The notes under the pieces are model-generated. The model did not search any database. It had not been told where the DNA came from and saw nothing but the letters and a program-made list of their open reading frames with translations. Of a DNA stretch of 64,000 nt, positions 19,747-29,677 are shown piece by piece. This DNA comes from Candidatus Omnitrophota bacterium (GTDB lineage Bacteria; Omnitrophota; Gorgyraeia; JAHIPI01): assembly GCA_016783745.1 (NCBI GenBank), contig JADHVZ010000003.1, positions 7,112-71,111 on the forward strand. The letters run 5' to 3'. The translations under genes were made by a program, and so were the position numbers. How positions within the stretch are numbered: the stretch's first letter is position 1; every line of letters starts with the position of its first letter.

Positions 19747-21753
19747 ATGATTCAAGATACTATCGTGGATCTTAAGGAAAAGACCCTGGGGGCATTGGGG
19801 GATGGAGGTGTCATCTCTCAGAACCTTTCAAGTTATGAGTTCCGGCCCCAGCAGCTTGATATGGCAAGGGGCATCTGCGATGCCATTGAATCAAATAAGC
19901 ATTTGATAGTCGAGGCGGGTACAGGGATAGGCAAAAGCCTGTCATATCTAATACCTTGTATATATCACGCGGTAGATAAAGACCAGAAGATCGTTATCTC
20001 TACTTATACAAAAACACTTCAGAATCAGTTGTTCCTTAAGGATATACCTTTTTTAAAAGAAGCGCTAGGCCTGGATTTTGGTTACGCCCTATGCCTGGGC
20101 TCTGAAAATTATTTGTGCCCGCGCCGACTCAACAGGGATCATACGTATGACCTGTTCGATTCGGGCCCCCGCCTTGAGGAGCTAAGGCGCTTAGTCCGCT
20201 GGTCAACCGAATCCGAGAGCGGAATAAGGTCAGATCTGGATTTTATGCCCTCGGAAGGGCTGTGGGACGGCGTATGCAGGGATCCGGATCTATGCATGGG
20301 GAAGAAATGCTCATACAGAAAAGGGTGTTTTTATAAAAAGGCAAAGGAGAAGCAGAAAAGATCCCACATCTTAATAACAAATCATTCGCTTTTTTTTACA
20401 AATCTGGCTTCCGGCGGAAGGGTCCTGCCGGATTTTGACGCCGTGGTATTCGATGAAGCGCAGACACTGGAAGATGTGGCGACCGGGTATCTCGGGATCG
20501 AGATAAGTAACGCCAGAATAAAATATCTGCTTGATTCAATATATAATCCGAGAAAGAAAAAGGGGATACTTGTAAAACTTAGGACGACGGGCAGGCAGGA
20601 GGTCGATCATATTGAAGCGGACCTTGAGGATGCGAGAAAGGCATCCGATAGATTTTTCCTGGAAATAAGCGTTATATTCGGGCAGGAAAGTTCTTCCAAA
20701 AGGATAGTGACGAAAAATATAGTGTTCAACCACCTGGAGGAACCGCTGAAACGCCTGGCAAGCTCTTTATCAGAGGTACTGGATCATGTAAAAGAAGACG
20801 ATGACAGGGTGCTTGTCAAGGTATGTTGTAAACGCTGCCTTGCGCTTTCAAAAGCCGCCTCTTTTATATTAAAACAGACCCAGCGGGATTTTGTTTACTG
20901 GATAGACATATCCAGAAAGAGGAGAGGTACCAGATACGCCCTTTTTGCGGCTCCCATAGAGATAGCTGATGAGATGGAAAAACGCTTATTCAGTAAAATA
21001 AGCCCGATAATCATGACCTCAGCGACTCTATCTACGAACAGGAATTTCAATTTTATAAAGGAACGCCTCGGAATAAGAAATGCGAGCGAGGTAATGGTGG
21101 AATCGCCTTTTAACTACGAGGAAAACGTTTTATTATACATTCCTAAAGATATCGCTGATCCGAACGAGGCGTTCAGCGTGTTTCAGCGGGACGTAGCCGG
21201 ACACATAAGAAAGATAATCGATATTATGAAGGGCAGGATCTTCATATTGTTTACAAGCTACAGTATGCTTTATAATATATACGATGACCTGGTATTGAAT
21301 TATAAGAATATAAATTTCCTGCGGCAGGGGGATAAACCCCGGTACGCGCTACTTGAGGATTTTAAAAAAAATGAGAATTCGGTTCTATTAGGGACGTCCA
21401 CTTTCTGGCAAGGTGTGGATGTACCCGGTAAATCTCTGGAGTGTGTCATGATAACCAGGCTGCCGTTTTCCGTACCCGACGACCCCGTTACGGAAGCAAG
21501 GATGGAACTGATAGAGTCCAGAGGAGAAAACCCGTTTGTAAAATATCAGGTACCCCAGGCTACGATGATGTTTAAACAGGGATTCGGACGATTGATAAGG
21601 TCTAAGACGGACAGAGGCGTAGTGGCGATCCTGGATCCCAGGATAAGGACCAGGTACTACGGAAGGTCGTTTATCAATGCCCTGCCGAGATGCCGGCATA
21701 CTTTTGACATCGGCAAAGTAAGGGATTTTTTCAATTATTATCTAGACGAATAG
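19747..21753 (+). CDS. dinG: DinG/YoaA-family Fe-S DNA helicase
   Basis: EAGTGIGKS, NYLC plus Cys cluster, FDEAQ, TSATL, LFTSY, FWQGVDVPG, KQGFGRLIR. Confidence 0.9.
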   Translation: MIQDTIVDLKEKTLGALGDGGVISQNLSSYEFRPQQLDMARGICDAIESNKHLIVEAGTGIGKSLSYLIPCIYHAVDKDQKIVISTYTKTLQNQLFLKDIPFLKEALGLDFGYALCLGSENYLCPRRLNRDHTYDLFDSGPRLEELRRLVRWSTESESGIRSDLDFMPSEGLWDGVCRDPDLCMGKKCSYRKGCFYKKAKEKQKRSHILITNHSLFFTNLASGGRVLPDFDAVVFDEAQTLEDVATGYLGIEISNARIKYLLDSIYNPRKKKGILVKLRTTGRQEVDHIEADLEDARKASDRFFLEISVIFGQESSSKRIVTKNIVFNHLEEPLKRLASSLSEVLDHVKEDDDRVLVKVCCKRCLALSKAASFILKQTQRDFVYWIDISRKRRGTRYALFAAPIEIADEMEKRLFSKISPIIMTSATLSTNRNFNFIKERLGIRNASEVMVESPFNYEENVLLYIPKDIADPNEAFSVFQRDVAGHIRKIIDIMKGRIFILFTSYSMLYNIYDDLVLNYKNINFLRQGDKPRYALLEDFKKNENSVLLGTSTFWQGVDVPGKSLECVMITRLPFSVPDDPVTEARMELIESRGENPFVKYQVPQATMMFKQGFGRLIRSKTDRGVVAILDPRIRTRYYGRSFINALPRCRHTFDIGKVRDFFNYYLDE

Positions 21754-21767
21754 AGGAGGAGGGGAAG

Positions 21768-22310
21768 ATGGAGTTAAATTTAAAAAAATGGTATAGGATA
21801 CTTGCTCCGAGGCCGGTGGTCCTGGTTTCTACGGTAAGCAGCGAAGGTATCTCCAATGCTGCGCCATTCAGTTTTGTCACTCCCGTATCCTCGGATCCGC
21901 CTCTTATCGCGTTTGCTTCAAGCCCGAAACATGAGACAGCGAAGAATATTCTGGATACGGGAGATTTTGTAGTGAATTTGCCGTCGAAAGATATAGTGAG
22001 ACAATTATGGATCTGCGCAGACTCTATACCTGATAATGAAAGCGAGATCGATGCCGCAAAACTTACTGCGGAGAAGTCACTAAAAGTCAGGTCACCGGGC
22101 ATAAAAGAGTGTTTTGCCCGATATGAATGTGAGCTTGAGAGCCATCACGCGGCCGGAGATCATTTGCTTATCATCGGCCGCATCCTTCGCGTTGACGTTA
22201 AAGATGACCTGATGGAAGGTGAAAAATTCCTTGTAGAAAAGTCCGGTTTTCTGATGCACATAGAAGGGCCTGAATTTGGGTTGCTGGGTGAAGTCGTAAA
22301 AGTCAAATAA
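21768..22310 (+). CDS. Flavin reductase-like protein (DIM6/NTAB family)
   Basis: PRPVVLVST, NAAPFS, TAKNI..TGDFVVN, GDH. Confidence 0.9.
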   Translation: MELNLKKWYRILAPRPVVLVSTVSSEGISNAAPFSFVTPVSSDPPLIAFASSPKHETAKNILDTGDFVVNLPSKDIVRQLWICADSIPDNESEIDAAKLTAEKSLKVRSPGIKECFARYECELESHHAAGDHLLIIGRILRVDVKDDLMEGEKFLVEKSGFLMHIEGPEFGLLGEVVKVK

Positions 22311-22329
22311 GAAAGCTGCGTTTACGATC

Positions 22330-23847
22330 ATGAAACAAATATATATAAAATGGATCATTTTCGCCTGCCTGATGGCCTTGGTAGGATCGTTCTTCGCGCA
22401 GAAGATATATTTTGTGAATGCCGATATCGGCAGGCACATCAGGAACGGTGAATATTTCTTTAAACAGGGTCACCCGGCTGCCTCCAACTATTATTCCTAT
22501 ACCGAGCCGGATTTTCCCCTGGTAAACCATCACTGGGGTTCCGGAGTGATATATTACCTGACATGGAAGATCCTGGGCTTCGGCGGTATTACCGTCTTAA
22601 ACGCGGTTATCTACCTGCTGACATTCTTTCTCTTTTTTAAGGCCTCCGAACGGCTGTCCAGTTTTAACTTCGCGTTATTTTTCTCCGTACTTAGCCTTCC
22701 GCTTTTTACATCCCGTACGGAGATAAGGCCTGAGGCATTCAGCTTTTTGTTTATGGGATTATTTTTCTACACGCTTTTATTGTTCAGGGACGGCAGGATA
22801 TCTTTCGGCAGGCTTCTTATCCTGGTGCCGGCGCAGCTTTTATGGGCCAACCTGCACCTGTTTTTTATAATGGGCCCATTTCTGATAGGCGTCTTCTGGT
22901 TTGAGGGCGTGATCAACAATAAATACAGGAAGTCGCTTAAGCCGCTCATGATATTCGGGATATTGACAGTATTGGCCTGTTTTATTAATCCCTACGGCCT
23001 AAAGGGTTTTCTGGAACCTTTTATGATCATGCGGGAATACGGTTATATGCTTGCGGAGAATCAGTCTGTTATTTTTATGCATAAAAGATTCCCCGGAAAC
23101 CCTCTTTATTATCACTTCGAGGCGTTGTTTTTGCTTGCCGTGATAAGCTATATACCTATTTTTATGAAAAAGGGGCAGAGGGACGTTATCCCTTTTTTGT
23201 TTATGATGGTACTTTTCGGCGGCTTGAGCTGGGGAATGATAAGAAACATACCTTTTTTTGGTTTCTTCTTTATCCCGATAGTGTCCATGAATTTTTTCCT
23301 GGTCTTCAAGGATAAGCGTAATAAAGGCACGGCCGTAACTCTAATATCGGCATGTGTCTTGATAATATTTTATCTGACGGGCCTTCATCAATCTCCGTTC
23401 AAGAAGGTATCGGGCATAGGGCTTTATCCCAGCGTGAACAGATCCGCGCGTTTTTTTAAGACATTCGGCCTTTCCGGGCCGATTTTTAATAATTATGATA
23501 TAGGAGGTTATCTGATCTACCATCTATATCCCCGTCAGGAGGTATTTGTGGATAACAGGCCGGAGGCATACAGCGTGGGTTTCTTCAAGGATATATATGA
23601 GCCTATGCAGTCGGATGAGGACCGATGGTCAGCGGCCGATAAAGAATACGGCTTTAATTGCATCTACTTTTTCCGGCATGATATCACTCCGCATGCACAG
23701 CCTTTTTTGATAAAGAGGATAAAAGACCCTCTATGGGCGCCGGTATATGTGGATGCGTGGACGATAATTCTGCTTAAACGGAATAACCGGAACGCGGGAC
23801 TGATAAAAAGGTTTGAATTACCAAAATCAATATTTTCTGTTTCTTAA
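22330..23847 (+). CDS. Polytopic membrane protein, GT-C glycosyltransferase-like
   Basis: About 11 hydrophobic segments; DIGRHIRNG, IRPE, LWANLH, INPYG, FNNYDIGGYL..VFVDNRPE. Confidence 0.6.
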   Translation: MKQIYIKWIIFACLMALVGSFFAQKIYFVNADIGRHIRNGEYFFKQGHPAASNYYSYTEPDFPLVNHHWGSGVIYYLTWKILGFGGITVLNAVIYLLTFFLFFKASERLSSFNFALFFSVLSLPLFTSRTEIRPEAFSFLFMGLFFYTLLLFRDGRISFGRLLILVPAQLLWANLHLFFIMGPFLIGVFWFEGVINNKYRKSLKPLMIFGILTVLACFINPYGLKGFLEPFMIMREYGYMLAENQSVIFMHKRFPGNPLYYHFEALFLLAVISYIPIFMKKGQRDVIPFLFMMVLFGGLSWGMIRNIPFFGFFFIPIVSMNFFLVFKDKRNKGTAVTLISACVLIIFYLTGLHQSPFKKVSGIGLYPSVNRSARFFKTFGLSGPIFNNYDIGGYLIYHLYPRQEVFVDNRPEAYSVGFFKDIYEPMQSDEDRWSAADKEYGFNCIYFFRHDITPHAQPFLIKRIKDPLWAPVYVDAWTIILLKRNNRNAGLIKRFELPKSIFSVS

Positions 23848-23882
23848 CATGATAACGCAACCTAAAAAAGGAAGGAGATCAT

Positions 23883-24248
23883 ATGATTGTTCTGGTTAAG
23901 TTGTTAGGGATAGTAATAGTCGTCATGGGAGTAGTCTATTTACTGAAGCCCGAAGTGCTGAAGCAATATATAGCGTTCTGGGCGAAAGACAAGAGACTTT
24001 TCGCAGGTGCCATAGTAAGCGCGATACTGGGTGCGATTCTGCTGTTTGCCGCGTCGCAGTGCAGGATACAATGGATCGTTACCGTTATCGGCTTATGGGC
24101 TATTTTGAAGGGTATACTTATCCTGTTGCTCGGAAAAGAGAAGATGGTATCAATGATAAAGGCCTGGCAGAAAAAACCGGCAAAGACAATTCGCGCCATG
24201 TCATTCGTAGCCATTATCATGGGAGCGCTGCTGATCTTCGCGGCATAA
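23883..24248 (+). CDS. Small 4-TM membrane protein
   Basis: Four hydrophobic helices; AAGGAG RBS. Confidence 0.75.
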   Translation: MIVLVKLLGIVIVVMGVVYLLKPEVLKQYIAFWAKDKRLFAGAIVSAILGAILLFAASQCRIQWIVTVIGLWAILKGILILLLGKEKMVSMIKAWQKKPAKTIRAMSFVAIIMGALLIFAA

Positions 24249-24335
24249 CATACTTTTCGCAGGATGCATGCAATTTTTTGCTTGGCATTCTGCCGTACCA
24301 GGATATAATCTAAATTATAAAATAGGAGGTGTGTT

Positions 24336-24755
24336 ATGCGTATTATAAGGGACTTTAGTATCGCGATCTTCGCGCTTATTGTTTCAATTGCGTTAGTAAG
24401 TGACGGAAATTGCGAATCGTGGAAAAGTAAGAAGAAAGTAAAAAAAGTAAAACAGGAAGTCATAAAGCAGAAAAAGATTGAAAAAAAGATTGCAGGAAAG
24501 AAGTATATTCAGTCCCACGATGTCAATAATGACGGGAAGGTTGATTTGAAAGACCGCCTTATACATCTGAGAAGGAATAAGGGAAGTTACGCCGAGGTCC
24601 CGGTCTCTGCAGAAAACGAGGGCCTGTATGGAGTGATGGACGCAAACAGCGACTCCAATGTAGGGCCTGCAGAGATGGAACGGTTCTACGATAGATATGA
24701 TACCAATAATGACGGCCTTCTCGAGGATGAGGAGATAGGCGCCGCTGTGCAATAA
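24336..24755 (+). CDS. Secreted EF-hand-like calcium-binding protein
   Basis: Signal peptide; DVNNDGKVDLKD, DANSDSNVGPAE, DTNNDGLLEDEE loops; AGGAGG RBS. Confidence 0.78.
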   Translation: MRIIRDFSIAIFALIVSIALVSDGNCESWKSKKKVKKVKQEVIKQKKIEKKIAGKKYIQSHDVNNDGKVDLKDRLIHLRRNKGSYAEVPVSAENEGLYGVMDANSDSNVGPAEMERFYDRYDTNNDGLLEDEEIGAAVQ

Positions 24756-24785
24756 CAGAAGGGGAAGAGTAGAAGACTTAATCGG

Positions 24786-26024
24786 ATGAATGCCTATCTA
24801 TACATCATATTATTTGTCTTAGTCGGCGAATATATCCTTGATTTTATCGTCGGTAAGTTGAATGTAAAGCATGCCTTGCCCGTGCTCCCCGGTGAGTTCA
24901 GAGGTTTTTTTGATTCCCAGAAATATGAGAAGGCGCAGGGTTACTTAAAAGACACTACAGGTTTCAACCTTGTAAAGGGCGCGCTCTTCACCTTTATCAC
25001 CGTTAGCTTTATTCTTGCCGGAGGCTTTGATCTTGTCGACAGGATAGCTCGGGGTTTGAATGCGAACTTTATACTTACCGGCCTTCTTTTCGGCGGCATG
25101 ATAATGTTCGCCTCTCAGATCATAGAAGTACCTTTTTCTATATACCGGACTTTTGTTCTTGAGGAGAAATTCGGATTTAATAAGACAAACGCCCGCACGT
25201 TCACTCTGGATATTATTAAGGGATGGGCCCTGGGGGCATTGATAGGCGGAGTTATTTTTTCCGGCGTAATATGGTTTTTTGATAAAGCGGGTGGCGCCGC
25301 ATGGTTATATTGCTGGTTCGCAGTAACGCTCTTTCAACTTTTTTTGATATTTATAGCGCCTGTGGCGATAATGCCGCTTTTTAATAAATTTATACCGCTT
25401 GAAGACGGTGAATTAAACGACACCATAAAAAAATATGCCGGCTCACAGAATTTTAAGATGAAAGGCATCTTTAAAATGGATGCCTCAAGGCGATCGACCA
25501 AGTCAAACGCTTTTTTTACCGGATTTGGCAGATACCGCCGGATAGTCCTATACGATACATTGATCAAAAAACATACCGTCGATGAACTTGTAAGCATCCT
25601 TGCGCATGAGATCGGACATTATAGAAAGAAGCATGTTATTAAGAATATAATCCTGTCCACGGTGAGTTCCGGCCTGATGTTCTTCATACTCTCCTTTTTC
25701 ATAAATAATCGGCCCTTATTTGACGCGTTCAGGATGGAGAGTGTTTCTATATACGCGAGCCTGGTTTTTTTTGGTTTTCTTTTTATCCCTATTAATTTCC
25801 TGCTGTCGGTCTTCGCGAATTTCCTTTCCAGAAAGTATGAGTATGAGGCTGACGCCTTTGCCGTTTCCACTTACGGGAAGCCGGAGGCGATGATAAACGG
25901 TTTAAAAAAACTTAGCGTCGATAATTTAGCGAATCTTACACCGCACCCTTTACATATTTTTTTAAATTACAGCCATCCGCCGGTCTTACAGCGCATTATG
26001 GCTATTAGGGAAAAACAAATATGA
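24786..26024 (+). CDS. Ste24-like M48 zinc metalloprotease
   Basis: EEKFGFNK, NAFFTGFG, AHEIGH, EYEAD, YSHPP. Confidence 0.93.
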   Translation: MNAYLYIILFVLVGEYILDFIVGKLNVKHALPVLPGEFRGFFDSQKYEKAQGYLKDTTGFNLVKGALFTFITVSFILAGGFDLVDRIARGLNANFILTGLLFGGMIMFASQIIEVPFSIYRTFVLEEKFGFNKTNARTFTLDIIKGWALGALIGGVIFSGVIWFFDKAGGAAWLYCWFAVTLFQLFLIFIAPVAIMPLFNKFIPLEDGELNDTIKKYAGSQNFKMKGIFKMDASRRSTKSNAFFTGFGRYRRIVLYDTLIKKHTVDELVSILAHEIGHYRKKHVIKNIILSTVSSGLMFFILSFFINNRPLFDAFRMESVSIYASLVFFGFLFIPINFLLSVFANFLSRKYEYEADAFAVSTYGKPEAMINGLKKLSVDNLANLTPHPLHIFLNYSHPPVLQRIMAIREKQI

Positions 26025-27127
26025 CTAAATGTATAAATTGCGCAAAAGAATCACGGCTTATTTCCCAGACATTGGGCGTCTGCCTGGACTGCATCCGGAA
26101 AGACTACGGGAAGGCCTCTGAACATATTCAAAAGACGCATAGTGCGATAAGAAAGACTTTCGGCCTGCCGGACAAACCGCCTAAAGGCTGGAGCGGGGCA
26201 AGTTGTGAAATATGCGTAAATAAATGCAATATCCCCCCGGGCGGAAAAGGCTACTGCGGCATTAGAGAGAATGAAAGAGGCAAGATATCAGGCCCTACAG
26301 AGGACATGGCCTATATCACCTATTACCATGATCAGCTTCCCACTAATTGCGTGGCGGGATGGGCGTGTCCGGGGGGTACCGGTTCAGGCTATCCCGAATT
26401 TTGTCATAAGAAAAGCGCGGAAATAGGGTATAAAAACCTGGCCGTATTTTATTTGGGGTGTTCCCTTAACTGCCTTTTCTGCCAGAACTTTCATTTCAGG
26501 GAGGAACTGCAAAACCCTCCTGCCGTAAGCTCTGATACATTGCTTAAAGCTGTCGATGAACTTACCTCGTGTATATGTTATTTCGGAGGAGACCCGTCGC
26601 CGCAATTGCCTCATTCTATAGCATTTTCCCGACGGGCGCTCGATTTAAAAAAGGGCGATATCTTACGGATCTGCTGGGAAACGAACGGGACAATGGATCC
26701 CAAGCTGTTAAGTGAAGTCATGGATATAGCCCTTACCTCCGGAGGATGCGTTAAATTTGACCTTAAGGCCTATAGTAAAGATCTCAATATAGCACTTTGC
26801 GGTATTACTAATAAAAGGACTCTGGATAATTTTAGCCTGGCATCCAAGTACGTCATGAAGAGAAAGGTGCCACCGGTCCTTACTGCCAGTACTCTGCTTG
26901 TGCCAGGTTATATCGATAGAGAGGAAGTTTATAATATATCGAGATTTATAGCCGGCCATGATCCGGATATACCTTATTCACTGCTGGGATTTGGGCCTGA
27001 CTTCTTTATGCGAGACCTGCCATTCACCTCAAAGAGGCACGCGGACGAATGCGCTGCCGCCGCGCGTGAAGCCGGACTGACCAATGTCAACATTGGTAAT
27101 TATAATCTGTTAGGCATAGAATATTAG
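26021..27127 (+). CDS. PFL-activating-enzyme-like radical SAM protein
   Basis: N-terminal Cys pairs, GCSLNCLFCQN, FGGDP, WETNG, KFDLKA. Confidence 0.87.
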   Translation: MTKCINCAKESRLISQTLGVCLDCIRKDYGKASEHIQKTHSAIRKTFGLPDKPPKGWSGASCEICVNKCNIPPGGKGYCGIRENERGKISGPTEDMAYITYYHDQLPTNCVAGWACPGGTGSGYPEFCHKKSAEIGYKNLAVFYLGCSLNCLFCQNFHFREELQNPPAVSSDTLLKAVDELTSCICYFGGDPSPQLPHSIAFSRRALDLKKGDILRICWETNGTMDPKLLSEVMDIALTSGGCVKFDLKAYSKDLNIALCGITNKRTLDNFSLASKYVMKRKVPPVLTASTLLVPGYIDREEVYNISRFIAGHDPDIPYSLLGFGPDFFMRDLPFTSKRHADECAAAAREAGLTNVNIGNYNLLGIEY

Positions 27128-27138
27128 TGAGATAAGAA

Positions 27139-27570
27139 GTGAAAATAGTTATTCAGCGCGTAAAGAGAGCAAAGATCAGTGTTGATAGCCGCCTGGTCAG
27201 TGAGATCAAACGCGGATTGCTTGTTCTTGTGGGTATAGGCAGGGATGATCAAGCCGGGCAGCTTGATAAGATGGCAAGGAAAGTAGTAAACCTGCGCATA
27301 TTCGAGGATGCGCAAGGCAAGATGAACCTGAATGTAAAACAGGCCGGGGGTGAGATCTTAAGCGTTCCTCAGTTCACTCTTTACGCGGACACAAGCAGAG
27401 GGAACAGGCCGGGTTTTGAATTATCCGCTGATCCGGGTATCGCTGAAGAATCCTGGATGCGTTTCAACGCGCTATTGAAAGAGAACGGCGTGGAAGTGAA
27501 ATATGGTGTATTCGGCGCTCATATGGAAGTAGAGCTTATAAATGACGGCCCTGTAACCATCATTATATGA
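27139..27570 (+). CDS. dtd: D-aminoacyl-tRNA deacylase
   Basis: VIQRV, LRIFED, QFTL, GNRPGF, FGAHM..NDGPVT. Confidence 0.96.
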   Translation: MKIVIQRVKRAKISVDSRLVSEIKRGLLVLVGIGRDDQAGQLDKMARKVVNLRIFEDAQGKMNLNVKQAGGEILSVPQFTLYADTSRGNRPGFELSADPGIAEESWMRFNALLKENGVEVKYGVFGAHMEVELINDGPVTIII

Positions 27571-27609
27571 GTATTTAGCTTAATATAACAATATAATAAC
27601 ATATATGGC

Positions 27610-27637
27610 TTGACAAATGAGGTTTTGCTGTTAAAAT
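27610..27637 (+). promoter_or_regulatory. Sigma70-type promoter
   Basis: TTGACA-16-TAAAAT with TGn. Confidence 0.5.
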
Positions 27638-27670
27638 ATCTGTACCTAACTTTATATCAAAAAGGCTGTT

Positions 27671-28207
27671 ATGGACGTTCAAGAAAAATGGGAAAAGGCG
27701 CTGGAGAAGACCGAGATCATAAGGCCTCGCATTCAGGAGCTTTACACGTTTTCTCACACTGATATTCCTTACATATTTCTTTCGGAATCATCTATAAATA
27801 TAGGGGATACTGTAGTGCGAAAAGGAACTGTGACTGTTGATAAACCGTCCCTGATACTTCCGCCGGGCATGCCTAAGTTCGAAGGATTTGACTTTGAGAA
27901 AGAAAGGGAGGTTACTGACGACATCGTAGCGAATTTTCTTCTTGTCAGAGGCCTGAAATTTCCTTCTTTGAATTATAGCAACAAAACTTATTCACTCGAT
28001 CTTTTTGAAGGCCGCCTTTCGAAAGCCATCGAACAGTTTCGCGATAAGATGCAGCGTGAGGAGGATGTGCTGACAGGCTTGATAGTCGGGCCCGAGGACT
28101 GCTGGCAGTTCTCCATCCTTGTTTTCATATGTACGCAGGTCATGAGATCCGCAGACGGCGATATAAGAAGGTTGATGGAGCAGTTCAGGAAAAAAAGCGA
28201 GAGCTGA
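27671..28207 (+). CDS. Hypothetical protein
   Basis: Protein-like 178-aa ORF downstream of a promoter; function not recognised. Confidence 0.75.
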   Translation: MDVQEKWEKALEKTEIIRPRIQELYTFSHTDIPYIFLSESSINIGDTVVRKGTVTVDKPSLILPPGMPKFEGFDFEKEREVTDDIVANFLLVRGLKFPSLNYSNKTYSLDLFEGRLSKAIEQFRDKMQREEDVLTGLIVGPEDCWQFSILVFICTQVMRSADGDIRRLMEQFRKKSES

Positions 28208-28230
28208 TCATTTTCCGGCGGACCCCCACT

Positions 28231-28803
28231 ATGATCAAAGAACTTGTTAAAAAAAATAGAAGCTATCGCCGCTTTTATCAAAATGAACAGGTCGATAGGG
28301 AGACTCTTAAAGAACTGGTCGAGCTGGCAGGGCTTTCTCCTTCTGCATCTAATCTTCAGCCGTTAAAATATATACTTTCATGCGATGCGGAAAAGAATTC
28401 CGTTATATTTCCTTTTCTTGCCTGGGCCGGATATTTAAAAGATTGGCCCGGTCCGGAAGAAGGGGAGAGGCCGTCAGCTTATATTGTGATCCTGGGCGAT
28501 ACGGATATAAGAAATCCCTTTGAGTGCGATCACGGGATAGCGGCGCAGAGCATGCTTCTTGGCGCGGTTGAAAAAGGCCTTGGTGGCTGCATGCTGGGAT
28601 CGATAAACCGTGACGGATTGAGGGATGCCCTGAAGATAACGGAACGTTTTGAGATACTTCTTGTTCTGGCTATCGGCAGGCCGAAAGAAGTGGTTGTGCT
28701 TGACGCGGTGGATCAGTCGGGAGGCATCAAGTACTGGCGTGACGCCGAGGGTAAGCATCATGTACCAAAACGTAAGCTCGAAGACATTATTGTAGATTTT
28801 TAG
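28231..28803 (+). CDS. Nitroreductase family protein
   Basis: NRSYRRF, SPSASNLQP, DHGIAAQSMLLGA..GLGGC, HHVPKR; ATG 28231 preferred to the ORF-track start 28129. Confidence 0.92.
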   Translation: MIKELVKKNRSYRRFYQNEQVDRETLKELVELAGLSPSASNLQPLKYILSCDAEKNSVIFPFLAWAGYLKDWPGPEEGERPSAYIVILGDTDIRNPFECDHGIAAQSMLLGAVEKGLGGCMLGSINRDGLRDALKITERFEILLVLAIGRPKEVVVLDAVDQSGGIKYWRDAEGKHHVPKRKLEDIIVDF

Positions 28804-28929
28804 ACGCGCCTGCGACCGAGGACGACTGCCCGCCTCTGGCGGGCGAGTCCGAGGAAGTGCCGCGTCTAACGAGACGCGGCTCCCCCACTACGGGGGACCT
28901 GCGTGCGAAGAGTCTCAAAGACGCGCCTG
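28802..28929. repeat. Multi-hairpin GC-rich insert bounded by the 11-bp direct repeat AGACGCGCCTG
   Basis: Repeat at 28802-28812 and 28919-28929; internal hairpins CCCGCC-tct-GGCGGG, GCCGCGTCT-aacg-AGACGCGGC, CCCCC-actac-GGGGG. Confidence 0.6.
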
Positions 28930-28999
28930 TAGCTCAGATGGATAGAGCGACTGGCTTCGAACCAGTAGGCCGCAGGTTCGACCCCTGCCAGGCGCGCCA
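28923..28999 (+). tRNA. tRNA-Arg(TCG)
   Basis: GCGCCTG/CAGGCGC acceptor, ACTGG-CTTCGAA-CCAGT anticodon arm, GGTTCGA T-loop, CCA. Confidence 0.95.
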
Positions 29000-29094
29000 C
29001 TATATCGTTCGGGCTTCGGGGCAAAAAGTTGGACATTTCACATATGTTACATGTGTTCTCGAATCGTTTGTTATTTCTCGAGAGGCGCTTATAA

Positions 29095-29195
29095 TTCGTT
29101 TATCGTATATCGTTGATCGTTTATCGTTTTTGTTGATGAGCATCACAGGATTTGTACGATTGACGATAAACGATAGACGATTAACGATATGCGAA
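29095..29195. repeat. Heptamer-unit hairpin (ATCGTnn x5 / nnACGAT x5-6)
   Basis: TTCGTTT ATCGTAT ATCGTTG ATCGTTT ATCGTTT ... GTACGAT TGACGAT AAACGAT AGACGAT TAACGAT ATGCGAA. Confidence 0.9.
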
Positions 29196-29333
29196 CAACC
29201 AAGGAGCTGTAACGTTACGTTTCATTTTTTTGATTTTTTACGGAATTGCTTTATAGCGAGGAAGCGGGCAGGCCAGGAAAGCGGGCCAGCCCGCCGAAGT
29301 TTGTTTCGTAAGAATAGCAGGAGTAAAACGAAG

Positions 29334-29418
29334 GCGGGCGTGGCGGAACTGGCAGACGCGCATGGCTTAGGACCATGTGGAGAAATCCTTGGGGGTTCAA
29401 GTCCCTCCGCCCGCACCA
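29334..29418 (+). tRNA. tRNA-Leu(TAG)
   Basis: GCGGGCG acceptor, CATGG-CTTAGGA-CCATG, long variable arm, GGTTCAA, ACCA. Confidence 0.95.
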
Positions 29419-29490
29419 GCTTATGCTATTTTTCTTGAAATATTACGCTTGTATGATAAAATAAACATCTATCTTTGATAAGTTAAAAGT

Positions 29491-29566
29491 GCCCGCATAG
29501 CTCAATTGGTAGAGCAAGACACTCTTAATGTCGAGGTTCTAGGTTCGATTCCTAGTGCGGGTACCA
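29491..29566 (+). tRNA. tRNA-Lys(CTT)
   Basis: GCCCGCA/TGCGGGT acceptor, loop CTCTTAA, GGTTCGA, ACCA; candidate promoter TTGAAA-16-TAAAAT at 29435-29462. Confidence 0.92.
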
Positions 29567-29570
29567 GATA

Positions 29571-29653
29571 TTAGTAGGTTTTAGGTGATAGGTAGTAGGT
29601 TATAGGTTTTTAGGAAAGAAATTTAAACCTACAACCTATAACCTACTACCTAA
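29571..29653. repeat. Heptamer-unit hairpin (TAGGTnn / nnACCTA)
   Basis: TAGGTTT TAGGTGA TAGGTAG TAGGTTA TAGGTTT ... AAACCTA CAACCTA TAACCTA CTACCTA. Confidence 0.9.
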
Positions 29654-29677
29654 CATATGATTTTTTAAAGCTATAAT

